DNA of 55,436 nucleotides, taken from assembly GCA_016699975.1 (NCBI GenBank), contig CP064994.1:496731-552166 (forward strand), written 5' to 3'. Origin of the DNA: Candidatus Moraniibacteriota bacterium (lineage in GTDB: Bacteria; Patescibacteriota; Minisyncoccia; Moranbacterales; UBA1568). Both the position numbers and the translations under genes were made by a program. Below are positions 7,028 through 15,093 of the stretch, in pieces; position 1 is the stretch's first letter, and every line of letters starts with the position of its first letter. The notes below the pieces were generated by a model that worked only from the letters and a program-made list of their open reading frames with translations, did no database searches and was not told the DNA's origin.

Positions 7028-9154
7028 ATGAAAGCGTTTGTCAGGTTTGTTTTGGTGATTCTGTGCCTATTCGCGAATGCGAGCTATGCACTTGATCGGA
7101 CAGGGACTGGATTCTACTATCCGATTGGAACGACAAGTTTCGATTCCAAGTGTGGCACATGGCTCGGAAGAGATACTGCCAATGGTGGTTGCTATTTCGA
7201 TGGGCTCTATCACGTTGGCGTCGATATGATGACGGGAAGCACAGATGTTGACGTCTATGCGATTGCGGATGGCAAAGTCATTTATGTCGATGCTGGTGTG
7301 GATTCATGGGGTACTGGAAACTGTGCACTTTTCATCCAGCACAAGAAGCAAGGCGGAAATGATTTTATAGCGGTGTATGGACATTTGGCATGTTCGACGA
7401 TTCCGTCGCTCAATTCAGATGTCCTTGCTGGTCATTCGATTGGGAAAACCGGTCGTTATGATATTGGCGGTATTCATCTTCACTTCGCCATTCATGATGG
7501 ACCATGGGACAATATGGCAAAAAGTGGATGGGGAAGAATGTCGAATTCCAAATGGCCGAGCACGAATACCCTCACCGACCCCATTGCTTTTATCCGCAAC
7601 AATTCCCCCTTCAACTCCGGCCCCTCAATCCGCCTCTGCGCCCAAATCTCGGCAAATCGAAAGGTCTGCTGGGACACGAAGAACTCGGTGGACAAGAGGT
7701 GCGAATCCGGTTCCGACTGGACTATTCTCGACAACCAAAGCAAATGGCGATACCCCGCGACGCAGTCAGTCTGCTCGTCGACTGGGTGTTACCGTTCGAC
7801 ATCCGTTCTCGATTTCTTCATGAGGCCGGCGTATGCAGCGGCAATTGATGGCTGCGCCTCCCAAGAAACCGGTACCGGATATGGCGGCTCGGGTCCCTAT
7901 CCGACACCAGCCGATCCGGAAGAGTACGGTTCTCCCTCGTCGTCGGACCTCCCGAAATTGGTCACCGCCGGAACATCGAGTTCCGCGCCCAATCTCGAAG
8001 CGTCCGTTGATATTGAGAAGGACAAAGAACCGGATTCGAACGCATATGTCCGCGTCGGAGACCTTTACTGTGGCGTGAGAGCGAAGAATACGACCAGCGT
8101 CTCTATCGGCTCCTTCAAGAACAAGTGCATCCTCTACGATGGCAAGAAGGCGGGCAACGATCCGCCGGTCACGCTTGATTCGAAGACGGTGGATGGACTT
8201 GGGGGTGGAGACAAAGAAACGACGCATCACGCTTTTACGATTCGTGATCCCGGCTACTACACGCTCTACGGATGTGTGAATACCGGGAGTAGTCCGCCAA
8301 AGGAGAAGAGCATATCCGATAACTGCGATACGAAGACGTTCCAGGCATACAGCATTCCGGATGTGTATGTTCAGAGACTCTCCCTCCAAGGAGGAACCGA
8401 GTTTCTTCCGGGGTCAACGGTTACCATTGTTGCCGACTTCGGCAATACCGGAGACGACTTTCATGCGGGCAAGAACCGACGGATGACCGTGACTGCCGAA
8501 CTTTCGGGCTGTGTCTCTTCTCGGATGATGGATACGACCGATATCGACGAAGATGTGCTTCGTCACGGAGACAATGACCGCACCAAGTCATTTTCCTTCA
8601 TGCTTCCTCTTGCGGCGACGGGTATATGTACGGTCACCGTTATTGCGGATCCGGAAGGAGAACTCTTGCAAACACCCAACAAGGAAGAAAACCGCGGGAA
8701 CAACCGGAAATCGATCACCTTCCAAGTGACCGAGCCAACACCTCCCGCCCCACAAGTCCCCGTCATTTCTGTGACCAACGTGACGTTCATAAACGGGAGT
8801 CATGTATACACAACGGAAAAGAAGGATATTTCCATTGAAGTCAAAAATTCCGGGAACGCCGCCTCTCTCCCGATGACGGGCAGGATGTTCTACACGCCCA
8901 TTGCCGGAGGACAAGATACATCAATCGGAACATTTTCGATTGGGGCTATACCTGCAGGAGGCACGACAACCGGAATCATTCCGGAGGTTCTCTTTGCGGG
9001 AAGCGGGGAGATGACCACGACGGTGTGTTTCGACAGCATTCCCAAATGTTGGGACGGAGGAAATGTGTATGTCGATACGGTTCAATCGCCACCCGGTGGC
9101 GAAGATGAAGACGGTTCAACTATAATGAGGTTGTACCGAGGAATGATGCAATAA
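7028..9154 (+). CDS. Secreted M23-family peptidase with Cys-rich module and long repetitive Ig-like (possibly CARDB-type) C-terminal region
   Basis: Signal peptide. M23 motifs are HVGVDM, YGHL and GGIHLHFAIHD. Then the shared FNSGPSIRLCAQ...CESGSD module and a Pro-rich linker. Then ~400 aa of repetitive beta-rich sequence (e.g. LPGSTVTIVADFGNTGDD, DISIEVKNSGNAAS) that resembles CARDB-type adhesion domains. SD AAGGAAAG sits upstream. Confidence 0.85.
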   Translation: MKAFVRFVLVILCLFANASYALDRTGTGFYYPIGTTSFDSKCGTWLGRDTANGGCYFDGLYHVGVDMMTGSTDVDVYAIADGKVIYVDAGVDSWGTGNCALFIQHKKQGGNDFIAVYGHLACSTIPSLNSDVLAGHSIGKTGRYDIGGIHLHFAIHDGPWDNMAKSGWGRMSNSKWPSTNTLTDPIAFIRNNSPFNSGPSIRLCAQISANRKVCWDTKNSVDKRCESGSDWTILDNQSKWRYPATQSVCSSTGCYRSTSVLDFFMRPAYAAAIDGCASQETGTGYGGSGPYPTPADPEEYGSPSSSDLPKLVTAGTSSSAPNLEASVDIEKDKEPDSNAYVRVGDLYCGVRAKNTTSVSIGSFKNKCILYDGKKAGNDPPVTLDSKTVDGLGGGDKETTHHAFTIRDPGYYTLYGCVNTGSSPPKEKSISDNCDTKTFQAYSIPDVYVQRLSLQGGTEFLPGSTVTIVADFGNTGDDFHAGKNRRMTVTAELSGCVSSRMMDTTDIDEDVLRHGDNDRTKSFSFMLPLAATGICTVTVIADPEGELLQTPNKEENRGNNRKSITFQVTEPTPPAPQVPVISVTNVTFINGSHVYTTEKKDISIEVKNSGNAASLPMTGRMFYTPIAGGQDTSIGTFSIGAIPAGGTTTGIIPEVLFAGSGEMTTTVCFDSIPKCWDGGNVYVDTVQSPPGGEDEDGSTIMRLYRGMMQ
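7610..7719 (+). repeat. 110-nt segment nearly identical to 5861-5970 (copy 2, inside the M23 gene)
   Basis: See the copy 1 entry. Confidence 0.9.
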
Positions 9155-9176
9155 TCGCAACAGAAAGAGGAGTGAA

Positions 9177-9548
9177 ATGATGAAAAATAATGAAATCGTC
9201 AAAAAATTGGTGGCATCCCTCGTGTTCTTTGGTGGGATAGTGTGTGCCCCTGCCACTTTTGCCGCTCATGTCTGCCATACTCCAGGTCCCGGATCATTCA
9301 TGGAAGAAGATCATTCTGGAAACCGTTTTGTTGTCTGGGGTGTTTCTGGCATAACGATCCACAATGGCCTGTGGATTTCCAAGGAAGATCCGAAGGGGAG
9401 AGCATTTGCCGACTCTACTCGAATTATTCTGAGGAGGGCACAAGAGAAGGGGCTCACGGTCCACATTCGCTATGGCGATACCGATGGAAGTATTTGGTCG
9501 GTATCGGATCCTATGACCATAGCCCTGTGCCTTCAGCAAGCACCATAA
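9177..9548 (+). CDS. Small secreted protein of unknown function
   Basis: SD AGAGGAG 6 nt upstream. Signal peptide LVASLVFFGGIVCAPATFAA. 123 aa, and followed by an intrinsic terminator. Confidence 0.65.
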   Translation: MMKNNEIVKKLVASLVFFGGIVCAPATFAAHVCHTPGPGSFMEEDHSGNRFVVWGVSGITIHNGLWISKEDPKGRAFADSTRIILRRAQEKGLTVHIRYGDTDGSIWSVSDPMTIALCLQQAP

Positions 9549-9564
9549 CGAGGGCATCCTCATG

Positions 9565-9602
9565 AAACCCATTCCTGAAAAGGAGTGGGTTTGTTTTTTT
9601 GT
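9565..9602 (+). terminator. Rho-independent terminator
   Basis: Stem AAACCCATTCC / GGAGTGGGTTT (one G-U pair), loop TGAAAA, followed by a T-rich tract GTTTTTTTTTG (nine Ts). Confidence 0.8.
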
Positions 9603-9944
9603 TTGTTCCGTCTCTCTCTGTGGGAGTGATAGTACTGTCAAAAAATGAGAGGAAGTTTGAAAAAGGTTCTCTCCATCTCACGGCAGGAAAGAAGGAAAAA
9701 ATTATTTGATTTTTCCACCCTGAGAGAACGAGGTTTTTGGAAACCATCAGAAATTGTTGTGAGATCGTTTTTTTCGTCATGTATTTTTGTGAGGAAAATC
9801 ATTTTGATACGATTTCTACAAAAGATCGGTCTTATTTATCTCTTTCTTCGTTCGCAAAAGAGTGGTGCAAGGTGAGAAACGAAGATGAGGAAACCGTCTT
9901 TCTCATTGCTTCTCGTCAGAGGAAATATCTTTTGTCGATCGAGG

Positions 9945-11047
9945 GTGGTATGGGTGAGTTCAAGAATTTAATGCCCCTTTTCCAGTACCCTGGCAAAAAC
10001 TTCATTCGGCGTCAAATAGTTAAGCGCTTTCCTCGGTCGATTGTTGAGTTTGTCCTGAACTGACCGAACTTCTTTTTGGGAAATTTTATCAAACGGGCAT
10101 TTCTTCGGAAAATACTCTCGTAACAATCCATTCAAGTTTTCCACACCTCCTTTCTGCCAACTTTTGTAGGTATCGCAGAAGTAGGAAGGAAGAGAAAGTT
10201 TTTGTTTCGTTTCTCCGTGCAAAACATTCTCCGTTCCATTATCTCTCGTAATACTTCTCCTCAATTGCTGCGGAAGCCGAGAGAAATGTCCCTGTATCGC
10301 TCGTTCGCTTTCGACCGCTGTTTTGTTTGGAACTTTCTTTAATCGGCATAGCTTCATTTTTCGCTCGTACTGTACCGAGAGTACTGACTTCTGTTTTGAG
10401 AATATCACGGAATCGGTTTCCCAGTCTCCAAAGTGTGTACGCTTGGTAATGACCGCGGGTCTTTCGTGAATGGGTATTCTATCCGGAATCGTCTCTTTTC
10501 GCGGTTTTCGAGAGAACTTTGGTCGTCTCCGCTTCTGTTTTCGTCGCAGATGTTTGTACCATCCGCCGACCCTTCCTTCTCCGCGGTAAATGTAATCATA
10601 GATGGATTCGTAACTTATCGAGGTATCCGTACACGAGGAAAGATTTTTCGGAGGAGATGTTTTCAACCGGCCGGCTATCTGCTCCGGTGAATGTCCCTTC
10701 AGGAGTTCGCTTTCGACAAACTTTTTCAGTTTCTCGTTTTGCCATTTTTCCAGTTTTCTTTTGTTGGTATTTTTCTTTCGTCTTTCCGCATACGCTTCAG
10801 CTCGGATGGCAACATAGGGAAGGTGCGGACTCGAATTTCTTCGTATCTCTCGCTTGATGACGGAGTAATCTCTTCCAAGTTTCTCCGCGATCCATGTTTT
10901 CTTTTTCTTCATGCGGAGAAAGCTTTCGATTCGCTCTCGTTCAAAGAAGGTTATGGACGTTCCTTTTGGCATATTCATAGCGTTTTTGGAAGTTAACGCC
11001 GGAGTATACCAGAAAAGGGGCTTCGGGGTTTGAATTCACCATGCCTT
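9945..11047 (-). mobile_element. IS30-family insertion sequence (boundaries approximate)
   Basis: Single transposase ORF. Imperfect terminal inverted repeats: GGTATGGGTGAGTTCAAGAA (about 9948-9967) versus the reverse complement of 11026-11045, GGCATGGTGAATTCAAACCC. Confidence 0.7.
9968..10978 (-). CDS. IS30-family DDE transposase
   Basis: 336 aa. N-terminal HTH (ITFFERERIESFL, TWIAEKLGRDYSVIKREIRRN). Catalytic-region motifs GDWETD, ITRDNGTEN and SWQKGGVENLNGLLREYFPK. Confidence 0.9.
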   Translation of the reverse strand: MNMPKGTSITFFERERIESFLRMKKKKTWIAEKLGRDYSVIKREIRRNSSPHLPYVAIRAEAYAERRKKNTNKRKLEKWQNEKLKKFVESELLKGHSPEQIAGRLKTSPPKNLSSCTDTSISYESIYDYIYRGEGRVGGWYKHLRRKQKRRRPKFSRKPRKETIPDRIPIHERPAVITKRTHFGDWETDSVIFSKQKSVLSVQYERKMKLCRLKKVPNKTAVESERAIQGHFSRLPQQLRRSITRDNGTENVLHGETKQKLSLPSYFCDTYKSWQKGGVENLNGLLREYFPKKCPFDKISQKEVRSVQDKLNNRPRKALNYLTPNEVFARVLEKGH

Positions 11048-11111
11048 TGCCTCCTTGTCTTTCGGGAGGCGAAATGATAGAGTGAGGCATGAACTTTCGT
11101 TCTCACGAATC

Positions 11112-11141
11112 GAAAAAGTCGGCATATGTCCCGACTTTTTC
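11112..11141. terminator. Perfect 11-bp hairpin flanked by A and T runs (possible bidirectional terminator)
   Basis: GAAAAAGTCGG-CATATGTC-CCGACTTTTTC, followed by TTTG. Confidence 0.55.
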
Positions 11142-11195
11142 TTTGTAGGAAAAGAGGAATTATCTTAGTGGTTCGCGTGGCCCCCGATATTTTCT

Positions 11196-12275
11196 ATGGA
11201 ATCAATTCCAATTCAAAAGCAACTGAAAGAATTCAAAGCGCGTATCGACGTCGAGATGGAGCACTATCTTGATCGTGTGATTTCCGAAACGGCGCTGCGT
11301 GATCCTTTTATGACGGAGGCGCTTCGGTATGTGAAAACGCTCGCACTTGCGGGCGGGAAGCGTCTGCGCGCGGCGTTTATGTATATGGGCTACCTCGCGG
11401 GAGGAGGAGAGGATCGCGAGCGCATGATTCGGACGGCCGTCTCGATAGAACTCATTCACCTTTTTCTTCTCATTCACGACGATATCATTGATCGTGACGA
11501 AAAGCGTCACAGCACAACCACCGTGCACGAACACTTCCGCGCGCTTGGAAAACGATCCGCGTTTCGTCGCGACACGGCGCATTTCGGCAACTCGATGGCG
11601 ATCATTGTGGGGGATATGGTGGGCGCACTCGGCAACCAAATTATTTTCGAATCGGGCTTTCCGGCCGAGCGCGTGCTTCAGGCGCTTTCGAAGTTGCAGG
11701 ACATCATCTCCCTTACGGTGATCGGGGAGGCCGAAGATATTATGATTGAATACCGCGGCACAGCGAGCGAGCGCGAAATTCTCGACATGTACGAGCACAA
11801 GACCGCGCGCTATACGATTGATGGGCCGCTCCAGCTGGGACTTCTCCTTGCGGGAGAGCATTCGGAACTTGGGGATGCGCTTCAAAAATATGCGGTGCCC
11901 GTAGGTATTGCGTTTCAAATCCAAGATGATATTTTGGGGATATTCGGCTCGGAAGAAAAACTTGGAAAACCCGTCGGCTCCGACATCGAAGAGGGGAAAA
12001 TTACCATTCTGGTTTCGAAGGCGCTCGAGCTCACGACGAAAGAAGCGGGGAAGGAATTGCTTCGGATACTCGGACGGGGGCGTGACCTGTCCCCTCGAGA
12101 ATCGGCTCGTTTTCGTGAGATTCTTACGACTTCGGGCGCGCTTGATGCGGCGCGCGAGCTCGCGCGCCGCTCTCTCGAAGAGGGGAAGAGCGCCATTGTG
12201 TCGCCTGCGATCCCTGAAGAGCCGAAGCGTTTTCTCCTAGATATAGCCGAATATATGGAACGGCGGGAATGCTAA
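11196..12275 (+). CDS. trans-Polyprenyl diphosphate synthase (IspA/GGPPS family; chain length unknown)
   Basis: First Asp-rich motif LIHDDIIDRD and second FQIQDDILG. 359 aa. Confidence 0.9.
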   Translation: MESIPIQKQLKEFKARIDVEMEHYLDRVISETALRDPFMTEALRYVKTLALAGGKRLRAAFMYMGYLAGGGEDRERMIRTAVSIELIHLFLLIHDDIIDRDEKRHSTTTVHEHFRALGKRSAFRRDTAHFGNSMAIIVGDMVGALGNQIIFESGFPAERVLQALSKLQDIISLTVIGEAEDIMIEYRGTASEREILDMYEHKTARYTIDGPLQLGLLLAGEHSELGDALQKYAVPVGIAFQIQDDILGIFGSEEKLGKPVGSDIEEGKITILVSKALELTTKEAGKELLRILGRGRDLSPRESARFREILTTSGALDAARELARRSLEEGKSAIVSPAIPEEPKRFLLDIAEYMERREC

Positions 12276-12408
12276 AAGGTTTGCCAAAAATTTTTCTCAC
12301 ACACTGTTTGAATGTTTTTTTCTTTTCTCCCAATTTTCCTCGAGGATTTTTAAAAGAGGATTGTTGAACTTTCGATCATCGCATAAGCAGCGTTATTTCT
12401 TCGGTATT

Positions 12409-13119
12409 ATGCAACCTGCATCTCTCATTCCGTATCATGTCGCCGTTATCCCGGACGGCAATCGCCGGTGGGCAAAGGCAAAAGGACTCTTGCCGTGGGA
12501 AGGTCACGAGGCGGGAGCCAAAAATACCGAAGCGATTATTGAGCGTGCGCGCGAGCTTGGTATTCGCGCTTTCTCCTTTTGGGGTTCGTCGATCGAAAAC
12601 CTGACAAAGCGCCCGCTCGATGAAAAGCGCGCGCTCCTTCGGCTCTATGAAGAATATTTTTTGCGGCTGATTGAAAACGAAGCGGTGCACCGCGATCGCG
12701 CGCGTATCCGACTTATCGGTCGGTGGCGCGACCAGTTTCCGGAACGACTCAAAAATATTCTCATTCGCTGCGAAGAAGAAACCAAAGAATACGCCGAGTA
12801 TGCGCTCAATTTCTTTCTCGCCTATAGCGGTACCGACGATATGCTCTCAGCGATCCGATCTCTCATTGATGCCGGCGCGCGCACGGCGGACGTCACGCCC
12901 GAAACTCTGAAGTCGGCACTCTTGACGCGCGAACTTCCGCCCGTCGACTATCTTATTCGTACCGGCGGCGAGCCGCATCTCTCAGCGGGATTTATGATGT
13001 GGGATGTCGCCGATTCGCAACTCTACTTTTCCGAGAAGCTGTACCCGGACTTTGATGCCGACCGCTTTGCAGAAGCGATACAGGAATACACGAATCGCGC
13101 GCGACGATTTGGGAAGTAA
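12409..13119 (+). CDS. uppS: Undecaprenyl-diphosphate synthase (cis-prenyltransferase)
   Basis: HVAVIPDGNRRWAK, GHEAGAK, IRTGGEPHLSAGFMMWD. ATG 12409 is preferred over the TTG at 12361. Confidence 0.9.
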   Translation: MQPASLIPYHVAVIPDGNRRWAKAKGLLPWEGHEAGAKNTEAIIERARELGIRAFSFWGSSIENLTKRPLDEKRALLRLYEEYFLRLIENEAVHRDRARIRLIGRWRDQFPERLKNILIRCEEETKEYAEYALNFFLAYSGTDDMLSAIRSLIDAGARTADVTPETLKSALLTRELPPVDYLIRTGGEPHLSAGFMMWDVADSQLYFSEKLYPDFDADRFAEAIQEYTNRARRFGK

Positions 13120-13225
13120 GACTCCTTGGTGAGCCGGCGGCAGACGATGTCCAACACTTTCGATCCCTGTTTAGTGGTGGATGCTCGTGGTAGATGACAG
13201 GCGGGGATTTCGTTAAAAAGTTATT

Positions 13226-13731
13226 TTGAAAAATCTTCTGGAAGAATTTATTAAAGCTGTTCATCAAAATATTGATACAGGGAATTGGTATGGAGCGCTT
13301 TTCATCTCCCTTACTCTTCCTGATATTTTCGGGAAAATAGATAATCCTGAAGAGAAGAGTTCAAAGAAGCGTTATTCTTTGTGGTTTAAAAAATACGTTG
13401 AACCAATCTACACTCATGCTGTAGGAGCTTTTCATGAAAAACATATCTTTTTGACAGGTGAGGATTGTTATGCGCTTCGATGCGCTTTCTTACACGAAGG
13501 AATTGCCAACGTTTCAGCGCAATCTTCGAAAAAATTTCTTCATGATTTTATTTTTGTGAAGCCAAAAAAAGAATTGTTGTCCATAATAATAGGGCGAATG
13601 ATAGCTTGCAACTCCAGGTGGATATTTTCTGCCAGGATATAACTCGCGGTGTACATCTCTCACTTGCTGATATTCAAAATGATACTTCAAAATTCAGTAC
13701 TGTGCAGAATTTAATGAAGATTCATGAATGA
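13226..13731 (+). CDS. Hypothetical protein with an Rx4H (HEPN-like) motif; apparent -1 frameshift in the A7 run at 13564-13570
   Basis: AT-rich by eye. NWYGALFISLTLPDIFGK ... CYALRCAFLHEG. The frame ends at 13642, but the adjacent frame continues RIVVHNNRANDSLQLQVDIFCQDITRGVHLSLADIQNDTSKFSTVQNLMKIHE* (stop 13729-13731). An A8 run would give one ORF. Confidence 0.5.
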
Positions 13732-13830
13732 AAGGGTGAGATAGCATTTTGATAAGAAGTTCTTCATCATTTTTCTTTTCCCAGGGAGTCTTCATTTCTC
13801 TTTTCGTGGGTCTTTCTCTATACTGGAGGC

Positions 13831-15078
13831 ATGTTTCGACGAGGAGTGCAATCGCTTACCATGGCGGCGAGGAATTTGGCAGCGACCAAAGTGCGGACGT
13901 TTCTCACGGTCCTTGGCATCGTGATTGGGATCGCTTCGGTGTTTCTCGTGATGTCGATCGGGCGGTCGGTGCAAGAATTCATCGTGGGACAAATTCGTGA
14001 TGTCGGTTCCAACTTGGTGGGAATTTTGCCGGGTGCCTCCGATCCCAAGGGGCCGCCCGCTTCGGTCTTTGGCATTGTCACTACCACATTCACGAACGAG
14101 GATCTCGATGCGATCCTTGCGAAGGGCCGGATACCGAATATCGTGGCGGGGTCGGGATACGTGAGCGGATCAGCAAATGCTGTTTTCGGTCGACAATCGG
14201 CCGAAGTCTCGTATCAGGGTGTGTCCGCTTCGCTTCCTGAGGTCGAAAATATTCCGCTTCGTGGGGGGCGGTTTTTCTCCGAGGAAGAGGCAACAAGTCG
14301 GAGTCGAGTCGCGGTTCTTGGAGCGACGCGCGCTCGTGATCTTTTTGGAAACGCCGATCCGATCGGCAAACGATTCTCACTCAAAGATGTCAGTTTCACA
14401 GTGATTGGCGTGTTGGAAGAAAAAGGCAGTACGGGATTTTCGAGTATCGATACGAATATTTTCGTACCGCTCGAGACAGCGCAGAAACTCCTTCTCGGAA
14501 TTGATTACTTGAATTTGGCGCGCGTCAAAGTGGATGAAGAAAAAAATATTCCTGCGGTAGAGGTGGCGGTGCGAGAGATTTTGCGTGATCGACATGGACT
14601 CAAAAAGGCAGAGCCCGATGATTTCTCTGTTCGCAATACGGTGGAAGCACTTTCGGTACTGAAGAACATTACCAATATCCTTACGTTCTTTCTTGTGTTT
14701 GTGGCAGGCATCTCCCTCATTGTGGGTGGGGTTGGGATTATGAATGTAATGTTGATTGCTCTAAAGCAGCGAGTTCGCGAGGTGGGGCTCAGAAAGGCGG
14801 TTGGTGCCCGAGACGGCGACATTTTGCTCCAGTTTTTATTGGAGGCAATTTTTTTGTCGCTCTTAGGAGGCGCATTCGGATTTTTGGTGGGTATTCTTCT
14901 TACCTTTCTTTCTGCGGTTCTCATACGCTCAGCGGGGTACGAGTGGGAATTTTTTCTTACGCTTCCTTCTGCGCTCGTCGCTTTTTTGGTTTCGTTTGTG
15001 GTGGGCGTGTTCTTCGGGCTCTATCCGGCACGCCGCGCCGCGCGCATTTCTCCTATGGAAGCGCTTCGATATGAGTGA
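13831..15078 (+). CDS. ABC transporter permease, MacB/FtsX family
   Basis: 415 aa. N-terminal TM (RTFLTVLGIVIGIASV), a large extracytoplasmic domain, and a C-terminal FtsX-type 3-TM bundle (GGVGIMNVMLIALKQRVREVGLRKAVGA). Confidence 0.9.
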   Translation: MFRRGVQSLTMAARNLAATKVRTFLTVLGIVIGIASVFLVMSIGRSVQEFIVGQIRDVGSNLVGILPGASDPKGPPASVFGIVTTTFTNEDLDAILAKGRIPNIVAGSGYVSGSANAVFGRQSAEVSYQGVSASLPEVENIPLRGGRFFSEEEATSRSRVAVLGATRARDLFGNADPIGKRFSLKDVSFTVIGVLEEKGSTGFSSIDTNIFVPLETAQKLLLGIDYLNLARVKVDEEKNIPAVEVAVREILRDRHGLKKAEPDDFSVRNTVEALSVLKNITNILTFFLVFVAGISLIVGGVGIMNVMLIALKQRVREVGLRKAVGARDGDILLQFLLEAIFLSLLGGAFGFLVGILLTFLSAVLIRSAGYEWEFFLTLPSALVAFLVSFVVGVFFGLYPARRAARISPMEALRYE

Positions 15079-15093
15079 TCGTATTCTCTTCGT

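Noticed and set aside
900-7200. A CRISPR array associated with the cas12a stub.
   Set aside because: The only repeats found are the ~95-nt promoter modules spaced ~1 kb apart with protein-coding DNA between them. There are no 25-40 nt direct repeats with short spacers, and no Cas12a-type ...TCTACT...GTAGAT repeat ends.
9603-9944. A ~340-nt non-coding stretch between the terminator and the IS30 end, considered as a possible ncRNA or second mobile-element remnant.
   Set aside because: I found no convincing structure, repeat or ORF. It is most simply intergenic DNA disrupted by the IS insertion.
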